DNA of 64,000 bases from a candidate division FCPU426 bacterium. Lineage in GTDB: Bacteria; Oederibacteriota; Muellerivitia; Muellerivitales; Muellerivitaceae. Made by a program: the position numbers and the translations under genes. The notes below the pieces were generated by a model. That model was not told where the DNA came from. It worked only from the letters and a program-made list of their open reading frames with translations, and searched no databases. The number at the start of each line of letters is the position of its first letter. Position 1 is the stretch's first letter. The DNA lies in assembly GCA_963847625.1 (NCBI GenBank), contig CAWKAR010000050.1:1-64000 (forward strand), given 5' to 3'. This document shows, piece by piece, positions 9,633-20,174 of this stretch.

Positions 9633-11528
9633 CTATTTTTTACCGCCCTGGTAACCCAGTCCGTTATCCGGAATAATCCCTTTTTCCAGCCATTCGTATT
9701 TCCCCTCCATGGCCTTTTCCGCAACCTTCCGGTCGTTCGCGTCGTTGTTCCAGCAGACCCCGCAGAAATAATTGTAAATGCGGATGCGGGCCTGCCGGCA
9801 GAAGGTGTCGGCCAGTTCCGAGGGAGTAGAATCGTCCGGGTTTTGGCGTGATGACGAATCTGCCTTAGAACAGGCTGTGGCCATGGCGAACAATTCGGTC
9901 CCTATCTCTACCAGCCTCCCTAAGATTCTTTGCCTCTTTTCCAACCTGGGTCCATGCTGGATCATCCGATGGAATAGGGCTCGGGCCAGCTTTCGGGAAG
10001 TACGCTCAATAAACCGTAAATGCGCCGCCAATGGTCCGTAAGAGGAAAACCGGGGCCAAAGTCCCGTGGGCAGCCAAAGCCGCAGGTACCAGAAGGGATA
10101 ATAAAGGGCGCATTTTCCCAGGGCCCGAAGTTTTCGCGCGAAAGGCGCCCGGGGATTCAGCAGGTCTCCCGCCAAGCGCATGTGGAAATCCAGGGCCTCG
10201 CGGGCGATGAAGAGGTGCTGGATTTCCGTGGTGCCCTCGATGATCCGGTTGATGCGGTTGTCCCGCATCATGCGCTCCACGGCGTAACCCTTTTCCCCCC
10301 GGGCCCTCAGGGAAGGCGCGGTCTCATAGCCCCGCCCGCCCCGCAACTGCATGAGGTCGTCCATAATTTTCCAAGACGCCTCGGAGCAGAAAAGCTTGGC
10401 CATGGCGGCCTCCATGCGGATGTCCGCCCCGCCCCTGTCTACCAGTGCCGCGGCGTAATAGGTCATAGCCTCCTGCGCGAAGGTGGAGGCGGCCATGTTG
10501 GATATTTTCACGGCGCCTGCCTCGTGGCTTCCAATGGGCCCGCCCCACTGCTCCCGCTCCTTACCCCAAATCCGGGCGATGCGAAGGGCCTGCTTGGACA
10601 TTCCCGCGGCGGCCGCCGGCAAGGTCAGGCGCCCGGTGTCCAGGGTGATCAAAGCCAGCTTCAGCCCCAGGCCCTCGCCCCAGAGGATGTTTCCCGAAGG
10701 GACCTTAACGTTCGTGAACCGAATCAGGCCGCTCTGGATTCCCCGGTTGCCCATGAAGTCGCACCGGCGCGGGTATTTGATGCCGGGGGTCCCTTTTTCC
10801 ACCAGGAAGGCAGTGATCTGCTTTTTCCCCCGGCCACCCACTTGCTTGGGGGGAGTCCTCGCCATGACCACCATGACGTCCGCCACCAGGCCGTTGGTAC
10901 ACCAAAGTTTCTCGCCGTTGATCGTCCAGGTTTTCCCGTCCGGCGAGGGCTCGGCTGTGACTGCCATTCGGGCCGGGTCCGACCCGACGCCGGGCTCGGT
11001 CAGCGCGAAGGCCGAGATCCAGCCCTTGGCCAGGAGCGGGAAGTATTTTTTCTTCTGGGCCTCGGAGCCGAAAAGCATGAGGGGCTGGGGGACGCCGATG
11101 GACTGGTGGGCCGAAAGCCATACCGCGGTGGTGCCGCAGTAGGATGCCACCAGGTCCACGGCCCGATTGTAGTTGACCTGTGAGAGGCCCAGGCCCCCGT
11201 ATTCCTTAGGGATCTTCATGCCCCAGCAGCCCAGGCGGGTGAGGCCATCCAGCACTTTTTTCGGGAGGATGCCGGTTTTATCCACCTCGTCCGGATCCAG
11301 GTTCTCCCGAAGAAAAGCCTCCAAGCTGCCCATGAACTCATCCCCCTGGGCCTTGTCTCCGGGGGACTGTTCGGGGTAGGGGAAGAGAAGTCCGGGTCTG
11401 AAACGGCACATGAAGAGCCCGGCCGTGAAACTGAGCTGTTTCCAATCGGTTTCCCGGGAAGCCTCGGCCACTTCCAGGGATTCCCGTTCCTTTTCGGTGA
11501 GGTGTTTGGCAGTGGATGCGTCGCTCAT
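9633..11528 (-). CDS. Acyl-CoA dehydrogenase with C-terminal extension (VLCAD/ACAD9-like)
   Basis: FALTEPGVGSD, NGEKLWCTNG, QLRGGRGY, RIIEGTTEI. Confidence 0.93.
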   Translation of the reverse strand: MSDASTAKHLTEKERESLEVAEASRETDWKQLSFTAGLFMCRFRPGLLFPYPEQSPGDKAQGDEFMGSLEAFLRENLDPDEVDKTGILPKKVLDGLTRLGCWGMKIPKEYGGLGLSQVNYNRAVDLVASYCGTTAVWLSAHQSIGVPQPLMLFGSEAQKKKYFPLLAKGWISAFALTEPGVGSDPARMAVTAEPSPDGKTWTINGEKLWCTNGLVADVMVVMARTPPKQVGGRGKKQITAFLVEKGTPGIKYPRRCDFMGNRGIQSGLIRFTNVKVPSGNILWGEGLGLKLALITLDTGRLTLPAAAAGMSKQALRIARIWGKEREQWGGPIGSHEAGAVKISNMAASTFAQEAMTYYAAALVDRGGADIRMEAAMAKLFCSEASWKIMDDLMQLRGGRGYETAPSLRARGEKGYAVERMMRDNRINRIIEGTTEIQHLFIAREALDFHMRLAGDLLNPRAPFARKLRALGKCALYYPFWYLRLWLPTGLWPRFSSYGPLAAHLRFIERTSRKLARALFHRMIQHGPRLEKRQRILGRLVEIGTELFAMATACSKADSSSRQNPDDSTPSELADTFCRQARIRIYNYFCGVCWNNDANDRKVAEKAMEGKYEWLEKGIIPDNGLGYQGGKK

Positions 11529-11635
11529 GAGGCTTCCCTTTCGAGCTCTTATTCGCCGGCCCGCTTATTCTATTCCTCTTTCGGAAAATAACAAAAGGCT
11601 CCCACTTTTCCGGGTGGCGTTGTAAAATACCGCCC

Positions 11636-11860
11636 ATGAATTCATTCGCCAAACCCGAAGAAGCCAAGCCCTACACCTATCCCGAGTTTCCCCGTCCCGA
11701 AAAAAAGGTCCTGAAAGTGGATTATTCCAAGGTGCCGGGCGCGGATAAATTCAAGGAATTGGACGTGGATCGCCCTGAATCCAATATTGCGGACCTGCCG
11801 GTCGTCCATTCGGTTCTTTTCCAGGATTTCAAGGAAGTCCTTTCTAAGAATCCTTCCTGA
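11636..11860 (+). CDS. Hypothetical 74-aa protein, probably leaderless
   Basis: TAAAAT (11623-11628) lies 7 nt before the ATG; protein-like composition. Confidence 0.6.
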   Translation: MNSFAKPEEAKPYTYPEFPRPEKKVLKVDYSKVPGADKFKELDVDRPESNIADLPVVHSVLFQDFKEVLSKNPS

Positions 11861-11873
11861 GCCTGAATCGGTC

Positions 11874-13820
11874 TTGACCTTGGTTCCAACCGGAAGCCCA
11901 GGTTCCTCACCTTCCCAAAAGATCTTTTTCTCATACCATCTTTTATTCCTCGACCGCTGGTATTACGTCTTGTCCGTTTGTTTCGCCCTGATTTTTCTTT
12001 TCGCGTCCCGTTTGAACGTCGATTATGACTTGGGTTTTCACTTAAAAACGGGCGAATGGATCCTCCGGCATCTGGCCTTTCCCAACAAGGACGTCTTCAC
12101 TTATTCCGTGCCTCAAAACGTCTACACCGACTCCCATTGGCTTTACCAGGTCGGCCTCGTCCTTATTTACAGGGCTTGGAATTACGCGGGCCTCTCCTTC
12201 CTGAACGCCCTGCTCATCCTGGCGGTGTTCACCCTGACCTTTTCGCGCATGCGGCGGACCGGCTGTCCCGCCTGGGCCCTATTTCTTTTGCTTTTTCCCG
12301 CCATCCTCGCCATGGAAATCCGCTTCCTGGTCCGGCCGGAGGTGATGAGCTGGTTCTTCCTGGTCCTGGACCTGGCGGTCTTAGACCTTTGGGCGGAAAA
12401 CCGGAAAAACCTATTGTTCATCCTCCCCCTGATCCAACTCGTTTGGGCCAATTCGGAGGGCCTCTTCGTGCTGGGTTGGGGGGTCATGGGTGCCTACCTT
12501 CTTTCCTTTTTCCTCCATTCCCGGCGGCTGGATTTGCCCCTCCTCAAGGCTTTCCTTTTATCCATCGCACTATCCTTCCTGAACCCCTATTTCCTCAAGG
12601 GCGTCGCCTTTCCCCTCGAACTTTTCACCCGATTCGAACCCTCCAACCTTTTCAAGCGGTATATTTCAGAACTCCAGTCACCCTGGTCTCTGACCCGGGA
12701 CTCCCACGTTCCTTTTTATCCCGCGACTCCCATCTACGCTTACAGGATCTTCGCGCCGCTTCTGCTGTTGTTGATCCTGGCAGGATTTTCCCGGCGTAAA
12801 TTTCACGGCATCCTCATACCAGTCTGCTTTTTCCTCCTTTCGGCGGTGGCCATCCGGAACATGCCCCTGTTTTTTCTCACGGCTCTCCCCTTGGCAGCCG
12901 CTTCCTTGAAAGACCTCCGATCGGTCCCAGGTGGATGGTTCCAAAGGCTGGACGGTTTTATCCGCTCCTGGAAGCTTCTTCCCCTCGGGGCCGCCTTCCT
13001 GGTCCTACTGCTTTGCCTAAGAGTCGGGAGTCAGGCTTATTACGTATCCGAGCGCAGGGCCGTGCATAACGGCTGGGGCGTGGACTCGGAACGAATTCCC
13101 GTCAAGGCCGCCTCCTTCCTGGAGAAGAACGGCCTCCAAGGGCCCATCTTGAACGAATTGGGATTCGGAGGTTGGTTGGAATGGCGGGGCGGGCTCCCGG
13201 TTTTCATCGACGGGCGGTTGGAAGTCATGGGTGAGGACCTCTTCGCGGAGTACCGGGACAGCTTCAATCAGGGCGGCTTGTGGCGCCTGGTGAAAAAGTA
13301 CGGCGTCCAGCTGGTCTTGTACGACCACATGGCGGGGATCCCCTGGACCACCCAGCTCCAGCAGATGCCCGGCTGGCGGTTGATTTATTTCGATGACCTG
13401 GCCGCGCTCTGGGCCGCCCCAGGTTACGCGGTCCAGTTCGCGACCGTGGCCCCCCGAAACTCCCTGGCGGCTTGGGGGTTGGCCCCCCCGCCCACCGACG
13501 GCCTCTTGTTGGATTTCCAGAAACAGCGCCGGAACGCCTTCGCCGATTGGGCCGAGGGATTCGTCCGTCCCCAAACCTATCCCATGTCCCTGATGCGCCT
13601 GGGAACCTTCGCCTACGAGAACGGGGACTACGCGACGGCCAGGGACCTGTTTCTGGGAATGCTGGAAAAAACACAGGGAAAATATTACGAGGTTTATTTC
13701 AACCTGGGCGCGGCTTACCTGCGCTTGGCCCGTCCAGACTTGGCTGAAATTTGCTACAAGAAGGTCCTGGAATTGGAGCCGGATAACCCCGCCGCCCTGG
13801 AAAAGCTTAAGAAACTTTGA
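11874..13820 (+). CDS. Polytopic membrane protein (GT-C-like) with C-terminal TPR
   Basis: DYDLGFHLKTGEWI, RPE and VFIDGR motifs, many TM helices, TPR-like C-terminus. Start uncertain (TTG 11874 chosen; ORF open from 11787). Confidence 0.75.
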   Translation: MTLVPTGSPGSSPSQKIFFSYHLLFLDRWYYVLSVCFALIFLFASRLNVDYDLGFHLKTGEWILRHLAFPNKDVFTYSVPQNVYTDSHWLYQVGLVLIYRAWNYAGLSFLNALLILAVFTLTFSRMRRTGCPAWALFLLLFPAILAMEIRFLVRPEVMSWFFLVLDLAVLDLWAENRKNLLFILPLIQLVWANSEGLFVLGWGVMGAYLLSFFLHSRRLDLPLLKAFLLSIALSFLNPYFLKGVAFPLELFTRFEPSNLFKRYISELQSPWSLTRDSHVPFYPATPIYAYRIFAPLLLLLILAGFSRRKFHGILIPVCFFLLSAVAIRNMPLFFLTALPLAAASLKDLRSVPGGWFQRLDGFIRSWKLLPLGAAFLVLLLCLRVGSQAYYVSERRAVHNGWGVDSERIPVKAASFLEKNGLQGPILNELGFGGWLEWRGGLPVFIDGRLEVMGEDLFAEYRDSFNQGGLWRLVKKYGVQLVLYDHMAGIPWTTQLQQMPGWRLIYFDDLAALWAAPGYAVQFATVAPRNSLAAWGLAPPPTDGLLLDFQKQRRNAFADWAEGFVRPQTYPMSLMRLGTFAYENGDYATARDLFLGMLEKTQGKYYEVYFNLGAAYLRLARPDLAEICYKKVLELEPDNPAALEKLKKL

Positions 13821-13985
13821 GGTTTTATTCAGAGATTTCCCCGCGAATTCCCAAAACTCTTTGACATAATCCAAAAATCACGGGCTGGTTTTCGGGCGGG
13901 AATCGGGTAAACTTTGACCGGAACGTTTGAGCCCTGTAGAACGTCTAAATTACACCGTTATCACAATTAATAGAGGAGACCCGTT

Positions 13986-15224
13986 ATGCTTAAAAAGTTC
14001 ATGTGTCTGTTATGGGGAGTTTTACTGGTGGCCCCCTCGGCCCTTCTGGCCGCCAATTCCACCGCCCAGGATTTCGACGATTTGGGAATGGCCCTTTACC
14101 AAAAGGGTCTTTACGACAAGGCCATCGTTTATTTCCAAAAGGCCGTCCAGGCCGACCCCGGGGATTGGCAGGGCTACGAGAACCTTGGGGATGCCTATTC
14201 CAAGAACGGGGACAACCAGGACGCCCTGAACGCCTACCAGCAAAGCTTGAGGATCCACCCAGACAACCCTACCGTGCAGGCCCATATCGACAGCTTGGGA
14301 GGCACTTCCAATACGGTTTCCCCCGCCAATCCTCCCTCCAACAGCCAGGTGGAGCAGGAAGCTCCGGTTCAAAACAACAAAGCCGGGCAATTCCGTCGTT
14401 ACCGGCCCCAACCAGCGGACAGCCTGGCGCCCATGGATCACGCCAAGGTCTGGGCCAAATTCGAATTAGGGTATAACTATTCAGTCCAGGGCGATTTAAT
14501 GAATAGTGTTACCGCTCTTAATGGAGAAAACGCAAATGGCACTCTGCCTTTCGGCTTTACCAATGGGAATGCCTCTATGGACGCTGGCGGATTCAATTCA
14601 GGAGGGGAAGTGGGCTTCCTGATAAATCCCAACAATGGAATAGCCATTGGCTTTCATTATCTCCAAGCCAATGACTATACCTATAGCGCGTACAACTCGG
14701 CTCCTTCTTCTATAGCGGGTTATCCTAGTGATTTCGAAACCACGACTATGACCCCATCAGTAGTGCCATTCACTCTGGATTATTACCTTTTCCTCCCTGA
14801 CAGTGGAGGTCGTTTTTTTATTAGCGCGGGTGTGGGCTATTATGCTGCCAACGTGCACGTGGATGAAAATTACAGCGTAGTAAATTATGAATACACTGCG
14901 GGCGATCCCAATTACCAAAATGATTACAATCACCCCTTTGGAGATTTGACTGCCGGCAATGTAGGTTTCCAGGTGGGGATCGGCCGGGATTTCGCTGTAA
15001 ACCCGAATTTTGGAATTTCCATCTTCGCCCGTGGGCGGTACGCCCGGATTTCCAATTTCAGGGGAACCCTTTCGGACGGCAACCCCTGGGTTTTGGCCAA
15101 ATACGCGGATGGAACAGTGGATATCGACAACCCCTCCTTTATTGGTACCAACGGCGAGACTTACGCGACGGTTGATTTTACCGGGTTCGACATCGGTGCC
15201 TCGCTGAACTTTTATAGTTTCTAA
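13986..15224 (+). CDS. TPR + outer-membrane beta-barrel protein
   Basis: AGAGGAG RBS, signal peptide, 2-3 TPRs, Pro/Ser linker, amphipathic beta-strands ending LNFYSF. Confidence 0.8.
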   Translation: MLKKFMCLLWGVLLVAPSALLAANSTAQDFDDLGMALYQKGLYDKAIVYFQKAVQADPGDWQGYENLGDAYSKNGDNQDALNAYQQSLRIHPDNPTVQAHIDSLGGTSNTVSPANPPSNSQVEQEAPVQNNKAGQFRRYRPQPADSLAPMDHAKVWAKFELGYNYSVQGDLMNSVTALNGENANGTLPFGFTNGNASMDAGGFNSGGEVGFLINPNNGIAIGFHYLQANDYTYSAYNSAPSSIAGYPSDFETTTMTPSVVPFTLDYYLFLPDSGGRFFISAGVGYYAANVHVDENYSVVNYEYTAGDPNYQNDYNHPFGDLTAGNVGFQVGIGRDFAVNPNFGISIFARGRYARISNFRGTLSDGNPWVLAKYADGTVDIDNPSFIGTNGETYATVDFTGFDIGASLNFYSF

Positions 15225-15241
15225 TAAAAACCACAAATTTT

Positions 15242-15275
15242 AAGGCCCCGGCTTGAACAGCCAGGGCCTTTTTTT
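15242..15275 (+). terminator. Intrinsic terminator
   Basis: aaggccccggct-tgaac-agccagggcctt hairpin followed by a T-run. Confidence 0.75.
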
Positions 15276-15324
15276 ATCTTTAAAACAGGACTGTTTGTTT
15301 TAATGCGGGAAAAGGGGAGCCATT

Positions 15325-15924
15325 ATGAATAAGACCTTCAGGATTTTTCTGAAATACTGCTTTTTCTTGCTTTCTTTCACGCTTCTCGCCGGGACCACAA
15401 TCCCTAAAACCGAAACCGCCGTCTTCGCGGGGGGGTGTTTTTGGTGCATGACCCCTCCCTTCGAGCAATTGGAGGGGGTCGTGAAAGTGACGGCGGGTTA
15501 CACAGACGGGCAAGAGAAGAACCCCACCTATGAGGATTACGCGGAGAAAGGCTATACCGAGGGTGTCCAGGTCACCTATGACCCGGCCCAAATCTCTTAC
15601 AGCCGCCTCGTGGAGGTTTTCTGGCGGCAGATCAACCCGACAGACCCCAACGGCCAGTTCGCGGACCGAGGGCCCCAATACCGGGCGGCCGTGTTTTACC
15701 TGAATGAGCCGCAAAAGCAATTGGCGGAAAAATCCAAGAAGGATCTGGAAGAATCCGGAAAGTTCGACAGGCCCATCCTGGTTCCCATCAGGAAATTCGT
15801 GAATTTTTATCCGGCCGAGGATTATCAACAGGACTACTACAAAAAAAATCCCGTCCATTACCGGCTTTACCATAAGAACTCGGGTCGGGAATCTTTCTTG
15901 AAAAAAGTTTGGGGCAGGCCGTAG
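15325..15924 (+). CDS. msrA: Exported peptide-methionine (S)-S-oxide reductase
   Basis: FAGGCFWC, GQFADRGPQY, FYPAEDYQQDYY; N-terminal signal peptide. Confidence 0.95.
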   Translation: MNKTFRIFLKYCFFLLSFTLLAGTTIPKTETAVFAGGCFWCMTPPFEQLEGVVKVTAGYTDGQEKNPTYEDYAEKGYTEGVQVTYDPAQISYSRLVEVFWRQINPTDPNGQFADRGPQYRAAVFYLNEPQKQLAEKSKKDLEESGKFDRPILVPIRKFVNFYPAEDYQQDYYKKNPVHYRLYHKNSGRESFLKKVWGRP

Positions 15925-16207
15925 CAGGCTAAAGAAAATGATTTCTAAAGCCCTGCCCCTCGCTGCGGTGCGAGGGGTGTTTGTAAAGAGTGGGGAAGGG
16001 CAAGGCGGAGGTTTACCGGCTAAAATTAGATGCCCATGAGGTAAGATAGCTGGGGATACAATGAGTAAGGGAAATGGCTAATAAACTTAAAGTGTCCTTT
16101 TAATCGGGTGAGTACCAGCCCGGCCCCTTTGTGGGTAAGGAATGAAAGGGAAAAAATATTTTACGAGGGGAAAATATGGGCCATTGGAATTCAAGAATTA
16201 AAACATT

Positions 16208-17062
16208 ATGTTATGTATGGGAGTTCTTTGCGCGGCTGTCATAGCCTGCGTGATTGCTCCCCTGGCCTGTTCCAGAAACAGCTCTCCTGCGGGCGGCGCA
16301 GCCCCCACACCTAGTCCCACAGCCACGTCCACCTTGACGCCCACGATGACGGCTACCTGGGCTCCGGGAAACACGATCAATACCTGCGACCCCTACGCGG
16401 CCATGACCGTGGGGTCCTACGTCGTGGAGGCGGATTTTTGGGACCAGGGAAGCTGTCCCGGAACCCAGTGCATGAACCTCGACAACGCGACCGGAGCTTT
16501 TTCCGTGACGGAGTGTCCCAACTGCGGAAGCACCGTGGCTTCCTACCCTAATGTGCTTTACGGTTGTTCCTTCGGGACCTGCAGTCCCGGAACAGTGCTT
16601 CCCTTGGAGGTCAGCTCGCTCACCACAGTGACCAGCAGTTGGGCTTTCGGCGTGGGAGGCATCTCCTCCGACCAATATGACGTGGCCTACGACATCTGGT
16701 TTTGCCCCATCAACACCTGCAGTTCCAGCTCGTTCCCTTGTAATGGGACCGAGCTGATGATCTGGCTGGATTACAAGAACTTGACCGGTTGGCAAAATTT
16801 CAAGGGGTCTGTGAGCCTGGGCGGGTATAACTGGCAAGTATGGCAGGCCGCCATGAGCGGCTGGACTTACCTGGCCTACCTGATCCAGGGCCCGGTGGTC
16901 ACCTCCGTCACTAACCTAGATTTGAACGCCTTCTTCCAGGACGCGGTGACCCGGGGTTACGTTAAGAATTTCTGGTACCTTTACGCGATCCAGGCGGGCG
17001 ACGAGCTTCGCACCGGCGGATTACCCTATAACAACGTCAGCTTCTCGGTCTCGATCAATTAA
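16208..17062 (+). CDS. GH12 endoglucanase/xyloglucanase lipoprotein
   Basis: PLAC lipobox, short PT linker, YDVAYDIWF, ELMIWL, QAGDE. Confidence 0.88.
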   Translation: MLCMGVLCAAVIACVIAPLACSRNSSPAGGAAPTPSPTATSTLTPTMTATWAPGNTINTCDPYAAMTVGSYVVEADFWDQGSCPGTQCMNLDNATGAFSVTECPNCGSTVASYPNVLYGCSFGTCSPGTVLPLEVSSLTTVTSSWAFGVGGISSDQYDVAYDIWFCPINTCSSSSFPCNGTELMIWLDYKNLTGWQNFKGSVSLGGYNWQVWQAAMSGWTYLAYLIQGPVVTSVTNLDLNAFFQDAVTRGYVKNFWYLYAIQAGDELRTGGLPYNNVSFSVSIN

Positions 17063-17163
17063 GGTGACGGGGTATTATCTCGAACCGGTTTTTTAGTCCT
17101 GGCCCAATTGTTCTTCGGGTGAATGGTAGGCGCGTGTAGCGGGGAACCTTTGTTCCCGGTGGA

Positions 17164-18181
17164 TCAGGGATTGAAGTTGACGCCAATATTAATGGGAATA
17201 AAGGAAAAGGACCCCCCGGGACCCCCGTTGTCCCCTCCCACGAAAATCATGGCATATTTCGCCTCGAGGAGGAGGTTCATCTGCGGGCTGACTTTAAAAG
17301 CCAAGCCTGCTCCTCCCTCGATCATGGGTTCGACATTGGAAGTGCCATTGCCACTGCCAGAGACAGGGATAATCGGGGTGCCGTTCGAGTAATTAATGTT
17401 GGCGGTGACGCCGGTCATGAGTATCGAGAGGCCGCCGCCCCCCAGCAAATAGGGCCAGAAGTTGGTCCCGTTGAACTTGTATTTCGCCATGGCCAAAATC
17501 TCCAAGTCGGTGATGTTGGAATCAATCGATCCCGAATAGGTGCCCACGGAATAGTAGCCATAGGTGTAATAACCAGAAACCTTAACCGAATGCGTGAATG
17601 TAAAAAAGGCGGCTTGCCCGCCGATCCCGAAATTCGGATCCAACATATAAAATCCGTTTCCACCGCCCCCGAAACCTGACCCAAAATCCGCGCTCTCTGA
17701 CGGTATGCCGTCGTAAGCGTCGGACGTGAGTTTAGAACTCAGTCCTACCCCGAGCATTACGTTCAACTCGAAAGAATTGTATGGAGCGGTGGTCGAATAA
17801 TTAAGTCCGGAGTTTCCGGCCTGTGCGGAAGCAGAGGTGGAACTGGGTTCCCCGGCGCCCACCATGGTCTTGAAGGATTGGACAAAAGAGGCCAAAGAGG
17901 CGTCGCCCGGATTGAGGGCGGATGCTTTTTCATAGGCCGCTAAGGCTTCCTGCTTGCGACCCATGTAATAGTACGCGTTTCCCAGGCCCCGGTAGGCCGC
18001 GGCGTTGCCGGAGTCCACTTGAATAGCGGCGTTGTAATAAAGAATGGCCTTGTCGTAATCCTTTGCCTGGCACATTTGGTTTCCAGCCGCCAGGTATTGG
18101 GCCGAGGTTGCCTGGGAAAAGAGCGCAGGCGCGGGAAGAAAGAATAAAACAGGGATGAGCAGATAATTAAGGTTTGAACAT
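17164..18181 (-). pseudogene. TPR + OmpW/OmpA-like beta-barrel protein; signal peptide is out of frame with its ATG (+1 frameshift or sequence error)
   Basis: ORF 18075-17164 has TPRs and a beta-barrel. The in-frame upstream sequence LNYLLIPVLFFLPAPALFSQ has no ATG; ATG 18181 reads ATG TTC AAA CCT TAA. Confidence 0.65.
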
Positions 18182-18473
18182 GATGGAAAGGATTATATCA
18201 GCAGATCAGCCCGCCGCAAACTCGCTTTTCTTAATCCTGTTATCGGACCCCATCGGCACGTTTGGAGAGGGCGGGGAAGGACAAGACGGAGGCGATATAA
18301 TGAACAACAAAACAGCGGGCGATATTTCCAGGGAATACCAATTGTTTTTCAATTGGCATGACCAACCATCACCATTCACCTGGTGGGTGAGTAGTGGGCC
18401 AGGTCATCTGGGATAGGTCGGTTTACAGGTGACAGGGTGGTTGAAATGATTTTTTTAGGATTATAATTCCGCC

Positions 18474-20174
18474 ATGGTTTCAGTCCAAAATTCCCTTCTC
18501 AAGTGGTTCCTTCTTTTCGCGGTAGTCTTCAGCCTGCAGGTCATCCCGCGCTGGTGGGGCGATTCCATCGTCATGGACGAGGAATGGAACCTGACCGCGT
18601 CTTATTACTATTGGAAGCAAGGCGATGTCATGACGACCTGCGGAACTACGGCCCCGGGCGCGCTTTGCGCGATTCCCCTGCTTTTCATGGACTTGAACCT
18701 TGATCCCAGTACCGGCATTGATTGGCGTCCCCGCTCCTTAAGCCTTCTTTTCATGAACAATCCGGGCCGCCTGGAAACCATCACGGCCTGGAGCCGGTGC
18801 GTCTCCTGGATCCTGGGGCTTTTGATCGGGTTTTTCCTTTATCGGGCCGTCCGGGATGGCCCCTTGCCTCTCGGCCTTTCAGCTCTGGCGCTTTGGGCTT
18901 TTGAGCCGACCTTGCTGGCCTTTAGCGGCACGGCCAAAACCGACATCTCCGTGGCCTTTTGGTTCTTCCTTTGCATTCTTTATTACAAACGCATCCATTC
19001 TCGGGAAAAATATTTTCCTTTCGTCCTATTGGGTTTCCTGGCGGGCCTTACGTCCGCTTCCCGTTACAACGGCCTCTTCGTTCTACCTGTGCTTTTTTTA
19101 CTGGAAATCTTTTATTTATTCGAGCCGGGCAACGGTCCCAAACCCTTTACGAGACGCTTTCTCTTTTGGCTCTCGGGCCTGACCGGTTTTCTCGCGTGCG
19201 TCACGCTGGCTTACCTTCCCGGCGCCTTTTTTTCGATCATGCATCACTGGCCCCCTACCATATTTATCCTGAATATGGCCGCTTATGCCTCTAAGCTGAA
19301 ACCCATCTCAGACCAATTCGTGTTTTTCGCGAATCATTATTGGGAGAACGGCTCCTTCCTCTGCTTTCCTTACCATTTCTTTTTCAAGAACACCCTTCCT
19401 TTTTTCCTCCTGCTGGCCATCGGCGTCTTGTTGGGTTTTTTAAAAAAAGGATTTCTCCCCCGCTGGATCTGGATTCCCGCGGCGGTTTATCTGGGGCTTT
19501 TTTGGATGTTTGACAAATCCATGAACATCCGCCACGCCTTGCCAGCCTATCCTTTTCTCATTCTCATCGCAGCCAAAGCCTTCCAATGGTTATGGGAAAA
19601 AAGCCGGACATCAACTTGGTATTGGGTCCGCTTCCTTCCCATGGGCCTTCTTTTTTGGCACGGTATCAGCGTGCTTCACGCCTTCCCGCACCACATCGCC
19701 TACGCCAACGACCTTATGGGGGTCATGAAAAAACCCGGCCACTTGTATTCGTTCAATTGGAACCTGGGGCAGGATATGAAGCGCTTGGCTGAAACCGCCC
19801 GGGAGCGGGGCTGGAAAAGGGTAAAACTGGTGACTGAACAAAGAACGGACCCCTATTTTTATGGTTTGTCCTGGGAACCCTGGACCGAACAAGATTTCAC
19901 CCAACCCCAACCCGGAACAGTCTATGTTGTGGACCCTTCCATCTTCTTTGACCATTCCTACTACTGGAATCTTTACACGAATCATTCCTGCTGGTTGAGA
20001 TATGTACAAGCTTCCGGAAATATCGGCGGCACTTTGTATTATTATGAAATTCCGGGTACCTGGGACTCCGCACGAAAAGATGATTCGCCCGTAGTCAATT
20101 CCTTTATCTATTACGCTGATGGGGTTCCCCCCTACCGAAGGAATACACCCCCTGAAACTTGGACCGCGCCTTAA
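18474..20174 (+). CDS. GT-C / PMT_2 (ArnT-like, family 39-like) glycosyltransferase, leaderless
   Basis: MDEEWN acidic motif after TM1, FEPTLLA..AKTD, RHALPAYP; TATAAT 6 nt before the ATG. Confidence 0.82.
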   Translation: MVSVQNSLLKWFLLFAVVFSLQVIPRWWGDSIVMDEEWNLTASYYYWKQGDVMTTCGTTAPGALCAIPLLFMDLNLDPSTGIDWRPRSLSLLFMNNPGRLETITAWSRCVSWILGLLIGFFLYRAVRDGPLPLGLSALALWAFEPTLLAFSGTAKTDISVAFWFFLCILYYKRIHSREKYFPFVLLGFLAGLTSASRYNGLFVLPVLFLLEIFYLFEPGNGPKPFTRRFLFWLSGLTGFLACVTLAYLPGAFFSIMHHWPPTIFILNMAAYASKLKPISDQFVFFANHYWENGSFLCFPYHFFFKNTLPFFLLLAIGVLLGFLKKGFLPRWIWIPAAVYLGLFWMFDKSMNIRHALPAYPFLILIAAKAFQWLWEKSRTSTWYWVRFLPMGLLFWHGISVLHAFPHHIAYANDLMGVMKKPGHLYSFNWNLGQDMKRLAETARERGWKRVKLVTEQRTDPYFYGLSWEPWTEQDFTQPQPGTVYVVDPSIFFDHSYYWNLYTNHSCWLRYVQASGNIGGTLYYYEIPGTWDSARKDDSPVVNSFIYYADGVPPYRRNTPPETWTAP

